Below are positions 27,238-36,552 of a DNA stretch of 64,000 nt, one piece after another. The notes below the pieces were generated by a model. It did not search any database and had not been told where the DNA came from. It saw only the letters and a list, made by a program, of their open reading frames with translations. Every line of letters starts with the position of its first letter. Position 1 is the first letter of the stretch. The DNA comes from Deltaproteobacteria bacterium (GTDB lineage: Bacteria; Myxococcota; B64-G9). Position numbers and translations under genes: made by a program. The stretch lies in contig JAFGRB010000013.1 in assembly GCA_016935365.1 (NCBI GenBank), positions 15,990 to 79,989 of the forward strand, read 5' to 3'.

Positions 27238-27443
27238 TACTCCAGGTAGAACTCGGCGCCGATCATCTTCTGGCGGTCGAAGCCTCGCCGCTCGTCGTCG
27301 AGCTTGACCGAGCTGACTCGATCCAACGGGATGAGCAGGTAGCGCAGGCGACCTTTGAGATACAGCACCTCGTCGTCCGCGCCGAGGAGCTGGCCGTGGT
27401 AAGTCAGATTGTGCGCCACGACCGTCACCTGCCGGAAGCGCAT
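27237..27443 (-). CDS. small hypothetical protein (68 aa)
   Basis: Protein-like composition (MRFRQVTVVAHNLTYHGQLLGADDEVLYLKGRLRYLLIPLDRV...). Its stop overlaps the downstream lipoprotein start by 1 nt (TAATG). Located between the PilZ and lipoprotein genes. Confidence 0.3.
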   Translation of the reverse strand: MRFRQVTVVAHNLTYHGQLLGADDEVLYLKGRLRYLLIPLDRVSSVKLDDERRGFDRQKMIGAEFYLE

Positions 27444-27514
27444 CTCGTCGAATGAGAACGCGGGGGGCAGATCCGGGACTTCTCGATCTGGGTGCCTCCT
27501 CTTCACCGCGCCCC

Positions 27515-27991
27515 TCAATCCTTGCGCCTCTTGCGGCGTCGACCCAGAGGGCGGGAGGTGTACTGGGTCTGGGCGCGGCGCTCTGGCGAGGAGCCCGACA
27601 TCTTCTTGACCTCGACAGTCGGCCGGTTGCGCTTGCCGATGCGCAGCGCGGAGGGCACCTCCTGGCTCAGCTTGTGAACGTAATCCTCGAAGCGCTTGCG
27701 CACCTTCTCCCCGAGCTCTTCGAACTGGATTCCCATGCCCGAGGGCGACTCGTCCTCGTCCTCGCGCTTGATCCACTTGACGACTCCACTCACGTCGAAA
27801 AGCACAGGCACCTGGGGCAGGGAGAAGATCAACCTGACATTCGATCCCACCGGCAGCGGGTTCTCGGTATGGATGAAGACGCCCCCGGGTGAGAAGTTGG
27901 TTGCATAGTCCGACAGGAAGCTGCCCACCGTTCGGTACTGGACCTTGATCTCGGTCGGCGCGCGGTCTTCTCTGCGTTGCTCCCTGGCCAT
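27515..27991 (-). CDS. PilZ-domain protein (myxobacterial TIGR02266-type) with a basic C-terminal tail
   Basis: RREDRAPTEIKVQYRTVGSFLSDYATNFSPGGVFIHTENPLPVGSNVRLIFSLP is a PilZ c-di-GMP binding fold. Confidence 0.75.
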   Translation of the reverse strand: MAREQRREDRAPTEIKVQYRTVGSFLSDYATNFSPGGVFIHTENPLPVGSNVRLIFSLPQVPVLFDVSGVVKWIKREDEDESPSGMGIQFEELGEKVRKRFEDYVHKLSQEVPSALRIGKRNRPTVEVKKMSGSSPERRAQTQYTSRPLGRRRKRRKD

Positions 27992-28047
27992 GAGACAAGC
28001 CTACTCCAAGAGCCAACCGCAGTCCAACTCGGATGATGCCCGAAACC

Positions 28048-29826
28048 TCAACGGAAGTAGCGAAAAGGATTGCCCAGCAGGAGCAGGCCCCGCTCTCCGC
28101 CCACCAGACAGCGAGCGCTGCTCCAGCAGGCCAGACAGGTGACCGACGACAGCGTACCCAGGTCCACTCGTCTCCAGCGATCGCCGCCGTCGTTGGTCAA
28201 GAACAAAGCGCCGCCACTGGTGCTGGCCAGCCCGCGCAGCCTGCCCGAGAAGCTCAGCTCGTAGACCGGCTCGGCCGTCCCGAGAGGCTTCGGGACCCAG
28301 CTCTTGCCCCCGTCGATCGTGTACATGACCAACCCCTCGTTGCCGGCCACCCAGCCGAGCTTCCGATCGGCGAAGTGCAGCGTCCACAGGCTGCCGCGCC
28401 CCGATAGCCGCGACTGCCAGGTCCGTCCGCCGTCGGAGGTCGAGAAGACGGCCTGGTGATCGCCGACGCAGAAGCCGTGCTGGGGGTCGAGGAACTGGAC
28501 GCGGTTCAGATCGCGGTTGAAGCCGGGTATCCGGGACTGGGTCCAGCTCTTGCCACCGTCGACCGAATGGATCACGGCCCCGCTGCTGCCGACCAGCCAG
28601 ACCCGCATGGCGTCGAGGCAGAAGACGTCCCGCAACGCGACGCCGTCCCAGCGGCCCATCGCCTGGAAGCTACGCCCTCCGTCGCGGGTGCCGAGAACCT
28701 CGTGCAGACCGGCGAGCGCGAAGCCGCGACCCGTATCCGCGAACGAGAGCCGCCTGAGCGCCTGCCCGACCCCCCGGATGGACTCCCAGCTCCGGCCGCC
28801 ATCGCGCGAGCGATCGCAACGGCCCTGCATGTCGCAGCGCAGCGCATCCTTGCGCCCGAGCGCCACGATATCGGTCCAGCTCGGCCGCACCTCGCCCACG
28901 GAAGAGAACACGACCTGACCGTCCTGCAGGCCCAGCTCGCCACGCGCGCCGCTGTGGCCCACGACCAGCGCGCCGTCCCTCCAGGGAGCCAGGTCCCGCC
29001 AGATCTGATCGGGCGGTGCGCGCAACCAGGCAGCGTTGCCGCTCTCCACCTCGACCAGCAGCAGATAGCCCGGTATGCCGAAGAGCACGAAGCGACCGGC
29101 GAAGGTGCGATCCGCCGGCCGGAGGCAGTACTCCTGCCAGCCCTCTGGCGCGCCCCGATCGACTCCTGCGGGCAGCTGTCCTCGCGCGCCGTCCCGGGAC
29201 CAGGCCACGGCTCCCTTGCAACCGGCCACGATCGCGCTCTTGTCCGATGCCGCCACCCCCAGGGCCCGATGCTCGAGCCGCAGCGCCTTCTCGTATCCGC
29301 CCCGGGCCCCCCCCACGAAGAGCGTCCCATCCGCGCGCAGCGCGTACACGCGCTGCGACTCACCCTGCCCGCAGACCGCCAGATCGAGCACCGCACCGCC
29401 GATCTCCAGGCCGCGCTTCTGGATCTCGCCGTCGACGCGCTGCCAGATCGTCCCTGTCCGGGTTCCGAGCCACAGCCCGCCATCCGCAGCCAGGCGCATT
29501 GCGCTGACCGGCTCTCCCGACGGCAAGCGCGAGCTGGAGAAGCTGCGGCCACCGTCCCGGGTGAGCCACAGGCCGCCTCGACGGTCCAGACCCCAGCCCC
29601 GAAGCGAGCCCGCCAGGCGGATCGCGTTGATCCCGTGGGAGGCCAGACGGGCGCGAGGGCGCAGGCTGCGGCCCGCGTCCTGGCTGGAGAAGAGACCGCC
29701 TGCCCCGTCGAGCAGCAAGCACTGATCCCGGGAGCAGCTGATCGAGAGGAAATCGTCGGGATGCACGCCCGGCTCCACCGGCACCAGGGGTGCGGCCGCG
29801 AGCAAGGCCAAGCAGAAGAGCCACAT
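28048..29826 (-). CDS. secreted BNR/Ycf48-like beta-propeller repeat protein
   Basis: Signal peptide MWLFCLALLAAAPLV. Repeated (S/T)xDGGxxW motifs (SVDGGKSW, STSDGGRTW, TIDGGKSW, TRDGGRSF). Start at ATG 29826; the long N-terminal extension in the track is GC-frame artefact. Confidence 0.75.
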   Translation of the reverse strand: MWLFCLALLAAAPLVPVEPGVHPDDFLSISCSRDQCLLLDGAGGLFSSQDAGRSLRPRARLASHGINAIRLAGSLRGWGLDRRGGLWLTRDGGRSFSSSRLPSGEPVSAMRLAADGGLWLGTRTGTIWQRVDGEIQKRGLEIGGAVLDLAVCGQGESQRVYALRADGTLFVGGARGGYEKALRLEHRALGVAASDKSAIVAGCKGAVAWSRDGARGQLPAGVDRGAPEGWQEYCLRPADRTFAGRFVLFGIPGYLLLVEVESGNAAWLRAPPDQIWRDLAPWRDGALVVGHSGARGELGLQDGQVVFSSVGEVRPSWTDIVALGRKDALRCDMQGRCDRSRDGGRSWESIRGVGQALRRLSFADTGRGFALAGLHEVLGTRDGGRSFQAMGRWDGVALRDVFCLDAMRVWLVGSSGAVIHSVDGGKSWTQSRIPGFNRDLNRVQFLDPQHGFCVGDHQAVFSTSDGGRTWQSRLSGRGSLWTLHFADRKLGWVAGNEGLVMYTIDGGKSWVPKPLGTAEPVYELSFSGRLRGLASTSGGALFLTNDGGDRWRRVDLGTLSSVTCLACWSSARCLVGGERGLLLLGNPFRYFR

Positions 29827-29831
29827 TGCGA

Positions 29832-30515
29832 TCACCTCGGCTTGCCTTTCGCCGCGCCGAGCGGCGGTGCGCTCCCCTTGAGCATCAGGGTCAAGCCGCG
29901 GATCTTGCGCCGGATCAGCATCGCGTCGTTCGCCCTGGGTGACTGGGCCAGGTAGGCCTCGAGCTCCGCGATGGCCTTGTCGAGCTCGCCTTTTTGATGA
30001 AAGGCGTCCGCCAGAGACTTGTGAAGATCGCCCGAGAAGTTCGCAGCCAGCTCCGAGGCCAGCGCCGTGCGGTAGTCCTCGATGGCCTTGTCGATCAGCT
30101 GGGTATCGCGCTTGCCCACGCTCAGGTGCTGGTAAACCTTGCCCCGGTTGTAGGTGGCCGCCGGGTAGTCCGGCCTGAGCTCGATGGCCTTGTTCAGGTG
30201 CTTGAGAGCCGTCTCCCACTGGCCCCGCTCGAGGTAGCAGTGGCCCAGCATGTTGTAGGCCACGGCGAAGTCGGGCTTGAGCTCGATGGCCCGCTTGAAC
30301 TCCTCGATGGCCTTGGAGAGCAGCTCGGCCCGCTTGACCCGGTCGGTGCTGTGCAGCCGGCGGCTGAGCAGGTGCTCGCCGCGCTCGCGGGCGAGCGCCG
30401 CGTCGTCGCGAACGTAGACCATCTCGCCCGAGCCCACGGAGAAGAAGGCCAGAAAGCCCGCGATGCCCGCGAGCACGATCACGACCGCTGCGATGATGGC
30501 TCTGGAGTGCTTCAT
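29832..30515 (-). CDS. TPR-repeat protein with an N-terminal membrane anchor
   Basis: MKHSRAIIAAVVIVLAGIAGFLAFF TM segment, then TPR-like repeats (AYNMLGHCYLERGQWETALKHLNKAIEL...). Confidence 0.75.
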   Translation of the reverse strand: MKHSRAIIAAVVIVLAGIAGFLAFFSVGSGEMVYVRDDAALARERGEHLLSRRLHSTDRVKRAELLSKAIEEFKRAIELKPDFAVAYNMLGHCYLERGQWETALKHLNKAIELRPDYPAATYNRGKVYQHLSVGKRDTQLIDKAIEDYRTALASELAANFSGDLHKSLADAFHQKGELDKAIAELEAYLAQSPRANDAMLIRRKIRGLTLMLKGSAPPLGAAKGKPR

Positions 30516-30567
30516 GTGGCCTGTTGGACGCCGCCTGTCGGCCAGCGGTTCCGGACGAGAACCCGGA

Positions 30568-31281
30568 TCAGATGGGATCAACCGTGAACTTGAGCTTGAC
30601 CTTGATGCGGCCGCTGAGCTGGCCGCCCGGGATGGTGCGGGTCTGGTCCGTGTCGACGGTGACCCCTGCCTTGCCCAGCATGGAGAACTTGAGCCCCGGG
30701 ATGATGTGGCTGCTCATCAGGTCGCGGCCGTCGCTCGTGAACTGGAGATCGCCCGGTGCGGTGCTGCCCGCCTGGATGCTGTCGAGCCGGGCGATGTAGT
30801 CCGCGCTGTCGCCGAGGGTCTGGGTGCCGTGCTGATCCATGTAGATGTCGGCGCTCGGCAGGTCGAAGTTGAGCGTGTTCGCGTCGAGCTCGTACTTGAT
30901 GTACTCGGGGTAGACGCTCTTGACCTTGCCGGCTGCCACGTAGTCCCTGAGGTCCGGCTCGTTCGACAGGTCGACCTGCTGGGCCGGAAGCTCGATCTCG
31001 AAGGTCTCGTTGATCCGCGGCACGTCGACGCAGACGCCCCCGTCACACACCTGGGCCGGGATCTCGGTCTGGCCCGTGAGATCGATCTGGTTCAGCGGCG
31101 GCCCCTGGCTGGCCAGGAACTGCTGGAGCTGGGTGCGCGCCTGGTTCGCGTCCAGGCTGAAGTCGAAGCTCTGCTCGGGCAGGCTGATGCTGATGCCCGA
31201 GGTGGCGTCCAGCAGGCCGCAGCCCGCGGCCACGGCCAGCAAGGCGAGGCCCACGGCTGCAAGAATCAACATCTTTTTCAT
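30568..31281 (-). CDS. hypothetical lipoprotein
   Basis: Lipobox LLAVAAGC; 237 aa; no recognised domain. Confidence 0.65.
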   Translation of the reverse strand: MKKMLILAAVGLALLAVAAGCGLLDATSGISISLPEQSFDFSLDANQARTQLQQFLASQGPPLNQIDLTGQTEIPAQVCDGGVCVDVPRINETFEIELPAQQVDLSNEPDLRDYVAAGKVKSVYPEYIKYELDANTLNFDLPSADIYMDQHGTQTLGDSADYIARLDSIQAGSTAPGDLQFTSDGRDLMSSHIIPGLKFSMLGKAGVTVDTDQTRTIPGGQLSGRIKVKLKFTVDPI

Positions 31282-31417
31282 CGATTTCCTCCACTTGGAT
31301 TGGGAGTCAAGGCCACGTCTCCTCCCGGGAGGACGCGCCCCGGCCGCATCATACTAACGGGTTTGGCGCGCTGCTGTCAACGCGTTCTCAGGCTGCCGAA
31401 TCGGCTCCGGATGGCGA

Positions 31418-32620
31418 TTACCACACCAGGCCATCACAGTCGAACGAGTCCGATCGGAGGTTCGCATCGGCCCCGCTGGCGACGGTAAGCTCGGTGATGC
31501 GAACGCTGGCGCGCTGGCCCGGGTCGAAACCGAGGTGCGCGACCATGCCGATCACGATGCGCGCGCAACCATCGGAGTATGGGTAAGACACCGACTGGCT
31601 GGCGCCGCCATCATCGGTCGCGGTCACGGTGAGCGTGTGGAAGCCCTGCTGGGCGACGCACTGGACACGAAGGTTCCCTCTCGGAACCGAGCTGCCAGGG
31701 ACTCCATAGGCGCTGAATCCGGGGACCAGATCGCCGGATTCCTGCTCGATGAGCCCCACCCCGACATCGAGACCCCCCTCGTTCAGCACACCGGTGCCAT
31801 AGTGCCGCTGAGTCCAGTCCTCGTTGCTGGCACCGAAGAAGACATAGATAGAAGGCCCATCCGCCGGAACGGCCGAGAGGTCTTCATAGCGCAGCTCGAC
31901 ATCGAACTCGGGCTGTGGATTCTCCAGCGCCATGGCGATCTCCGGTACCTCCTCGTCGATCTCGAGCAGCAGATCGCCATCGCTTACCGACACCCCCTCG
32001 CCACCGAGGAGCACCAGAAAGCGGGCCCCGTTGCAAGCCTCATCTGCACAGCCAGCACCCACGCCCAGCCATCCCGGATCACAGTCGCACAGGGCCTGCT
32101 GCTCAGAGTCCAAGACGCAGGTGCCGTGGCCGCCGCAGCTCACGCCGACGCACGGCGTCCACTCGCAGATACCCTCGCGGCAGGCCAGCCCGGCATCGCA
32201 CGATCCATCGACTCGGCAAGGCTCATCCTCCGCGCCCCTTTCGGAAGCCGTCTCGCCGGCATAACAGACCTGGCCGTCATAGTCCCAGACGGGCCCCGTA
32301 CCCAGCGCATCCCAGGCAGATGGGAAGTCACAGCCGGAAAACAGAGGCCCGAGGGCCTGGCACTCGTCCATCGACGAGCAAGCAGGCAGGCACGCCGAGT
32401 TCATGCATACACCAAGACCGTCGGCGCAGGGAGCGTTGGTTCCGGATTCACAGCTCTCCGAGCAGAATCCGGACGCGCCATCGCCGGGAATGACCTGCAG
32501 GCAAGTCTCGGAGATGCAATCGGTGTAATCCGTGCAGGGCGCACCGAACGGCTTGCGGGATTTGTCGCCGCACGCGGCGGCAAGCAGCACCATCGAGACA
32601 GCAAGAGCAATGCGAGGCAT
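31418..32620 (-). CDS. Cys-rich (EGF-like) hypothetical lipoprotein
   Basis: Lipobox VLLAAAC, followed by more than 30 Cys in CxxC/CxC patterns. Confidence 0.65.
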   Translation of the reverse strand: MPRIALAVSMVLLAAACGDKSRKPFGAPCTDYTDCISETCLQVIPGDGASGFCSESCESGTNAPCADGLGVCMNSACLPACSSMDECQALGPLFSGCDFPSAWDALGTGPVWDYDGQVCYAGETASERGAEDEPCRVDGSCDAGLACREGICEWTPCVGVSCGGHGTCVLDSEQQALCDCDPGWLGVGAGCADEACNGARFLVLLGGEGVSVSDGDLLLEIDEEVPEIAMALENPQPEFDVELRYEDLSAVPADGPSIYVFFGASNEDWTQRHYGTGVLNEGGLDVGVGLIEQESGDLVPGFSAYGVPGSSVPRGNLRVQCVAQQGFHTLTVTATDDGGASQSVSYPYSDGCARIVIGMVAHLGFDPGQRASVRITELTVASGADANLRSDSFDCDGLVW

Positions 32621-32696
32621 GGGGACACCTCCTGAAGAGATCCAGACGAACTCGGGAATGCTACTCTCGTGCCCGCACGGGCGTCAAATCTTCGGG

Positions 32697-34598
32697 CTAC
32701 CGCACGAGCGAGATCTGCACGAGGTCGTAGGTGTCCCCGACCACCGCGCGCTCTCCTTCCGCGGCGATGCGGGTCGCGTAGCCCGGCGTGTCCACATCGG
32801 CCACCAGGCTCGGCTGGCTCGGCTCGGAGACGTCCAGGACGTGCACGAAGGGCCCGGCGGCCGCGAAGGCGAGATCTCCGCTTACCGCCACCTCGTAGAC
32901 GCCCTCGGCCGTCCACGGGACGTAGCTGCCCACCCGCTCCGGAGCGGACGGCGTCTGGACGTCGATCACGGCCAGGCCCTCCGTGCCGCAGGCCGCGTAG
33001 GCGATGCCCTCACTCAAGGCCACCCGGGGCTCGCTGGCCTTGCCGGGCAGATCGATCTGGCCCGCCAGGGCGGGCCGGGCGGGATCGGCGAGATCGATGA
33101 CCCTGAGCGATATCGCCGTGCTGCCCGAGACGACCAGGCCCAGCTCGCCCTGGACCGCCGCGCTCCTGGCATCCAGGGATCCCAGCTCGAGCGTGCCCAT
33201 CAGCGCGGGCCGCGCCGGTGTGGAGAGGTCGACGGTCAAGATCCGATCCTGGCCCGCCAGCAAGGCCAGGCTGCCTGCGAGCGCGATGGTGCGCATCTCG
33301 CCCAGATCCTCGCGCATCGCCTCGATGCGCGGCCCGGCCGGATCGTCGAGATCGACGACCGTCAGACCGGGATGGGCGGCCACGTAGGCGTGAGAGGCGT
33401 CCTGGGCCACCTGCCCGATGTAGGGGTGGCCGATGTTCACCACGCCCAGGAGGTTCAGGTCGGCCGCGTCCAGCAGGTGGAGCTCGTGAAGCTTGCCCGC
33501 GCTCAGCGCCGCCACCCGGCCGCCCATCACGTCCAGCGACTGGATGAAGCGGCCCGCCGGGATCTGGATCGTCTCCGTGAGCACCGGATCGAGCGGATCG
33601 CCGATGTCGAACTCGAGCACCCCGTCCTCGGTGCTGGCGAGCAGCCTGCCCGCCTCGATCACGAGACCCCGGACCCAGGACACGGGCATGGACACCCGGC
33701 CGATCTCCTGGGGCTCGGAGGGCACCGACAGGTCGAGGATCCGGACTCGGCTCTCGGTCTCGACCAGGTAGAGGTATTGTCCGTGCACGACCAGGCCCCA
33801 GCCGTCCTGGGGCATCACCACGGCGTGGCCCTCGCAGGCCGGATCGTGGCCCACGGAGCCGAACTGGATGGAGCCGAGCTCCACCGGCGCGCTCGGATCG
33901 CTGACGTCCATCACCCGCAAGACCTGGCGGGTGTCGAGCGTGCAGACCTCTGGCGGATCGTCCGGCGAGCGCAGCGGGCCGAAGGTGAGCACGCGCTGGC
34001 CCCAGAAAGCCGCCTCGGCAGTATAGCCGGGCAGCTCGCCCAGCGCGACCGGCGATGCGGGCTCGGACAGGTCGAAGAGCCGCGGGGCTGCGCGGCTCGA
34101 GCAGGCGACCAGCAGGTCGCCGCTGAGCGTCACCCCGCGGGCCTCGCCGTCGAGCGGCAGGCTGGCGATGATCTCGATCGCGGACGGGTCCGAGACGTCG
34201 AGGATCGCGATGCCGTGCCGGCCGTCCGCCAGCGCGGCCCGATCGCCATCGACCGCAACCCTCCAGGCCTCGCCGGGCGTGGGGTAGCGGCCCAGCAGGG
34301 CCGGGCTCGCCGGATCGCTCCGGTCGTAGACCTGAAGCCCGTACATGTTCGCCGTGAAGAGCCGGGATCCGGCTGCGGCGATGTCGCGCGCCTCGCCCGT
34401 GGGCCAGTCCGCGCAGACCTTCCAGCTCGGCTCGGGCTGCGAGTCGCCTGCCCCGTCGAGCGGGCCCCCGTCCTGGGAGCCCGCGTCCTGCGAGCCGTCC
34501 GACAGGCCCGCGTCGGGCAGCCCATCCGCCGGGCCGGAAGCGCAAGACCCGCACAGGCTCACCCCCGCGAGCAAGACCACCATCCAGGCATGCCTCAT
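32697..34598 (-). CDS. LVIVD-repeat beta-propeller lipoprotein
   Basis: MRHAWMVVLLAGVSLC lipobox. Repeated motifs of the form A(V/L)x(V/I)xDxSxPxxP (LVIVD repeats). Confidence 0.7.
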   Translation of the reverse strand: MRHAWMVVLLAGVSLCGSCASGPADGLPDAGLSDGSQDAGSQDGGPLDGAGDSQPEPSWKVCADWPTGEARDIAAAGSRLFTANMYGLQVYDRSDPASPALLGRYPTPGEAWRVAVDGDRAALADGRHGIAILDVSDPSAIEIIASLPLDGEARGVTLSGDLLVACSSRAAPRLFDLSEPASPVALGELPGYTAEAAFWGQRVLTFGPLRSPDDPPEVCTLDTRQVLRVMDVSDPSAPVELGSIQFGSVGHDPACEGHAVVMPQDGWGLVVHGQYLYLVETESRVRILDLSVPSEPQEIGRVSMPVSWVRGLVIEAGRLLASTEDGVLEFDIGDPLDPVLTETIQIPAGRFIQSLDVMGGRVAALSAGKLHELHLLDAADLNLLGVVNIGHPYIGQVAQDASHAYVAAHPGLTVVDLDDPAGPRIEAMREDLGEMRTIALAGSLALLAGQDRILTVDLSTPARPALMGTLELGSLDARSAAVQGELGLVVSGSTAISLRVIDLADPARPALAGQIDLPGKASEPRVALSEGIAYAACGTEGLAVIDVQTPSAPERVGSYVPWTAEGVYEVAVSGDLAFAAAGPFVHVLDVSEPSQPSLVADVDTPGYATRIAAEGERAVVGDTYDLVQISLVR

Positions 34599-34755
34599 GC
34601 TGGCTCCTCCTCGGCCCCGCAGACCATGCAAGCCATGCGCCAGCATCTCTACGCTCTACCAATACAGATTTGAAGCACTTTCCATGGTCGCCCGTCCCGG
34701 ACAGCATCAGATTTCCGCGGAAGTCGGAAAATACTGACCAGGCAAGGGGGGATAA

Positions 34756-35295
34756 ATGCCACCAGGCAGGCTGGCGTTATCCGCCCGGTTGTGCACATAC
34801 TCGACCTATGAGAGAGGTCCTTGCTTGAAGCGATTGCTCGTATATGCCGACGCCTCCGTCATCGGTGGGTGCGAGGATCTGGAATTCCAGGCAGCCAGCA
34901 ACGCGCTCTGGAACCTCTTTGTCGAAGGACGACATCTTCTTGCGCTCTCGGTCCATACGCTCCGCGAGTTGCAGGGAGCACCGGAATCCGTGAGAAGTCA
35001 CCTCCTCTTGGTGCCTGAGGAGCATCAGATCTTGTTTTCAGACAGCCGAGAATCATTCGAGCTCGCCGATGCGTATCTTCACCGCGGTGTTCTTGGACCG
35101 GGTTCGAGAGCAGATGCGCTTCACGTCGCCCTTGCGACCACGGGCGGCGCAGACGTGATCGTGAGCTGGAACTACAAGCATATCGTGAACCTCAGGCGAA
35201 TCCGCCTGTTCAATTCCGTGAACCTGGAATGGGGATACAACCCGGTCGAGATACGCACCCCCCAGGAGGTACTCCAGTATGACGAGGCGATTTGA
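34756..35295 (+). CDS. PIN-domain protein (TIGR00305-like toxin family) in a low-GC islet
   Basis: LLVYADASVI...ADALHVALATTGGADVIVSWNYKHI...VEIRTPQEVL matches PIN-family nuclease toxins. RBS AAGGGGGG precedes ATG 34756. Local GC about 55% against about 70% in the flanks. Confidence 0.6.
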   Translation: MPPGRLALSARLCTYSTYERGPCLKRLLVYADASVIGGCEDLEFQAASNALWNLFVEGRHLLALSVHTLRELQGAPESVRSHLLLVPEEHQILFSDSRESFELADAYLHRGVLGPGSRADALHVALATTGGADVIVSWNYKHIVNLRRIRLFNSVNLEWGYNPVEIRTPQEVLQYDEAI

Positions 35296-35479
35296 TGCTG
35301 TCGAGTGGATGAGAAATAGACGCCGAGAGATCGACGAAGAGGATGAGGGATTGTCTTGGGAGGAGAAGAGGGACAAGACGATCGAGCTGATCCGGGCTGA
35401 TCCACTCTGGAAGCGCCTACAGCTACACGCAGCATCCTCGCGGAGTCATGCAATCGAATCCGAAGACACGGCTATCTGA
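35279..35479 (+). CDS. small charged hypothetical protein (66 aa) overlapping the 3' end of the PIN gene
   Basis: MTRRFDAVEWMRNRRREIDEEDEGLSWEEKRDKTIELIRADPLWKRLQ. It overlaps the PIN gene by 17 nt. Low GC. Confidence 0.35.
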   Translation: MTRRFDAVEWMRNRRREIDEEDEGLSWEEKRDKTIELIRADPLWKRLQLHAASSRSHAIESEDTAI

Positions 35480-35529
35480 GTTGCGCGCCGCGGTCGCCCC
35501 TGTATGAGATTCGAGATGCCACTCGGCGC

Positions 35530-36552
35530 TCAGCGGCTCCCGAGTGCGCGCACGGCCTGCTCGGCCAGAGTATAGGGGTCGCTGGAGCGATCGAGCATGC
35601 GGTCGACGATCTGCTGCAGGTGATCCTCGTGCATCAGGTACGACCAGCCCCGGGCGAACAGCGCCCGCCGGTAGATCTCGAGGAACTCCTGGCGCAGCCT
35701 GGCGCGGATGAACTCGGGGGCCTGGCAGGCCTTCGCATAGACCTCCGCGTGCGCGTCGATGGCGGCGACGAGCTCGTCGATGCCCTCGTTGCGGCTGGCC
35801 ACGGTCTTGACGATCTCCGGCACCCACTCGTCCGGCGAAGCGCGATCGGCCTGCTCGAGATCGGAGGCCTTGAGCCCCCCGTGGTGCATCAGCTCGCCCA
35901 GGCTGGGCCGGCCGCCCTTGCCCATCTCGAGCATCTGCTCGAGCTCGCGCACGGTGCGGTCGGCGCCCTCCCGGTCGGCCTTGTTGACCACGAAGACGTC
36001 GGCGATCTCGAGGATGCCCGCCTTGATGGCCTGGACCTCGTCGCCCATGCCCGGCGTGAGCACCACCAGGGTGGTCTGCGCCAGGCGCTGGACCTCGACC
36101 TCGTCCTGGCCCACGCCCACGGTCTCGACCAGGATGACCTCCCAGCCCATCGCATCCAGCGCGTGGACCACGTCCGTGGTCGTGTGGGTCAGCCCGCCGA
36201 GATGTCCCCGGGTGGCGAAGGAGCGGATGAAGACGCCCTCGTCGTTGGCGTGCTCCTGCATGCGGATCCGATCGCCCAGGATGGCCCCGCCGGAGAACGG
36301 GCTGGACGGGTCGACGGCCACCACGGCCACGCTCAGGCCTCGTTCTCGAAAGCGGCCGATCAGTTGATCGGTCAGGGTGCTCTTGCCGGCCCCCGGATTG
36401 CCGGTGATCCCGATGACCCTCGCCCGGCCCGTATGCTGCCAGATGACCTTGAGCACCGCGCGGGCCTCGGCCACGCCGTCGTCGATCCAGCGCAGCAACC
36501 TCGCGCCGCTGCGCACGTCCCGCGCCAGCAGCTTGTCGATCTCGAGCTTCAT
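35530..36552 (-). CDS. meaB: methylmalonyl-CoA mutase-associated GTPase MeaB (ArgK family)
   Basis: P-loop GITGNPGAGKST and NKADR. Start ATG 36552 (MKLEIDKLL). The upstream part of the track ORF is artefact. Confidence 0.85.
   Translation of the reverse strand: MKLEIDKLLARDVRSGARLLRWIDDGVAEARAVLKVIWQHTGRARVIGITGNPGAGKSTLTDQLIGRFRERGLSVAVVAVDPSSPFSGGAILGDRIRMQEHANDEGVFIRSFATRGHLGGLTHTTTDVVHALDAMGWEVILVETVGVGQDEVEVQRLAQTTLVVLTPGMGDEVQAIKAGILEIADVFVVNKADREGADRTVRELEQMLEMGKGGRPSLGELMHHGGLKASDLEQADRASPDEWVPEIVKTVASRNEGIDELVAAIDAHAEVYAKACQAPEFIRARLRQEFLEIYRRALFARGWSYLMHEDHLQQIVDRMLDRSSDPYTLAEQAVRALGSR

Noticed and set aside
28456-29955. 499-aa plus-strand ORF
   Set aside because: It is antisense to the BNR/Ycf48-like propeller gene and has no motifs. 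It is a GC-frame artefact.
34777-35025. 82-aa minus-strand ORF as an upstream antitoxin for the PIN gene
   Set aside because: It lies antisense inside the PIN coding region, not upstream. It has no RBS or recognisable fold.
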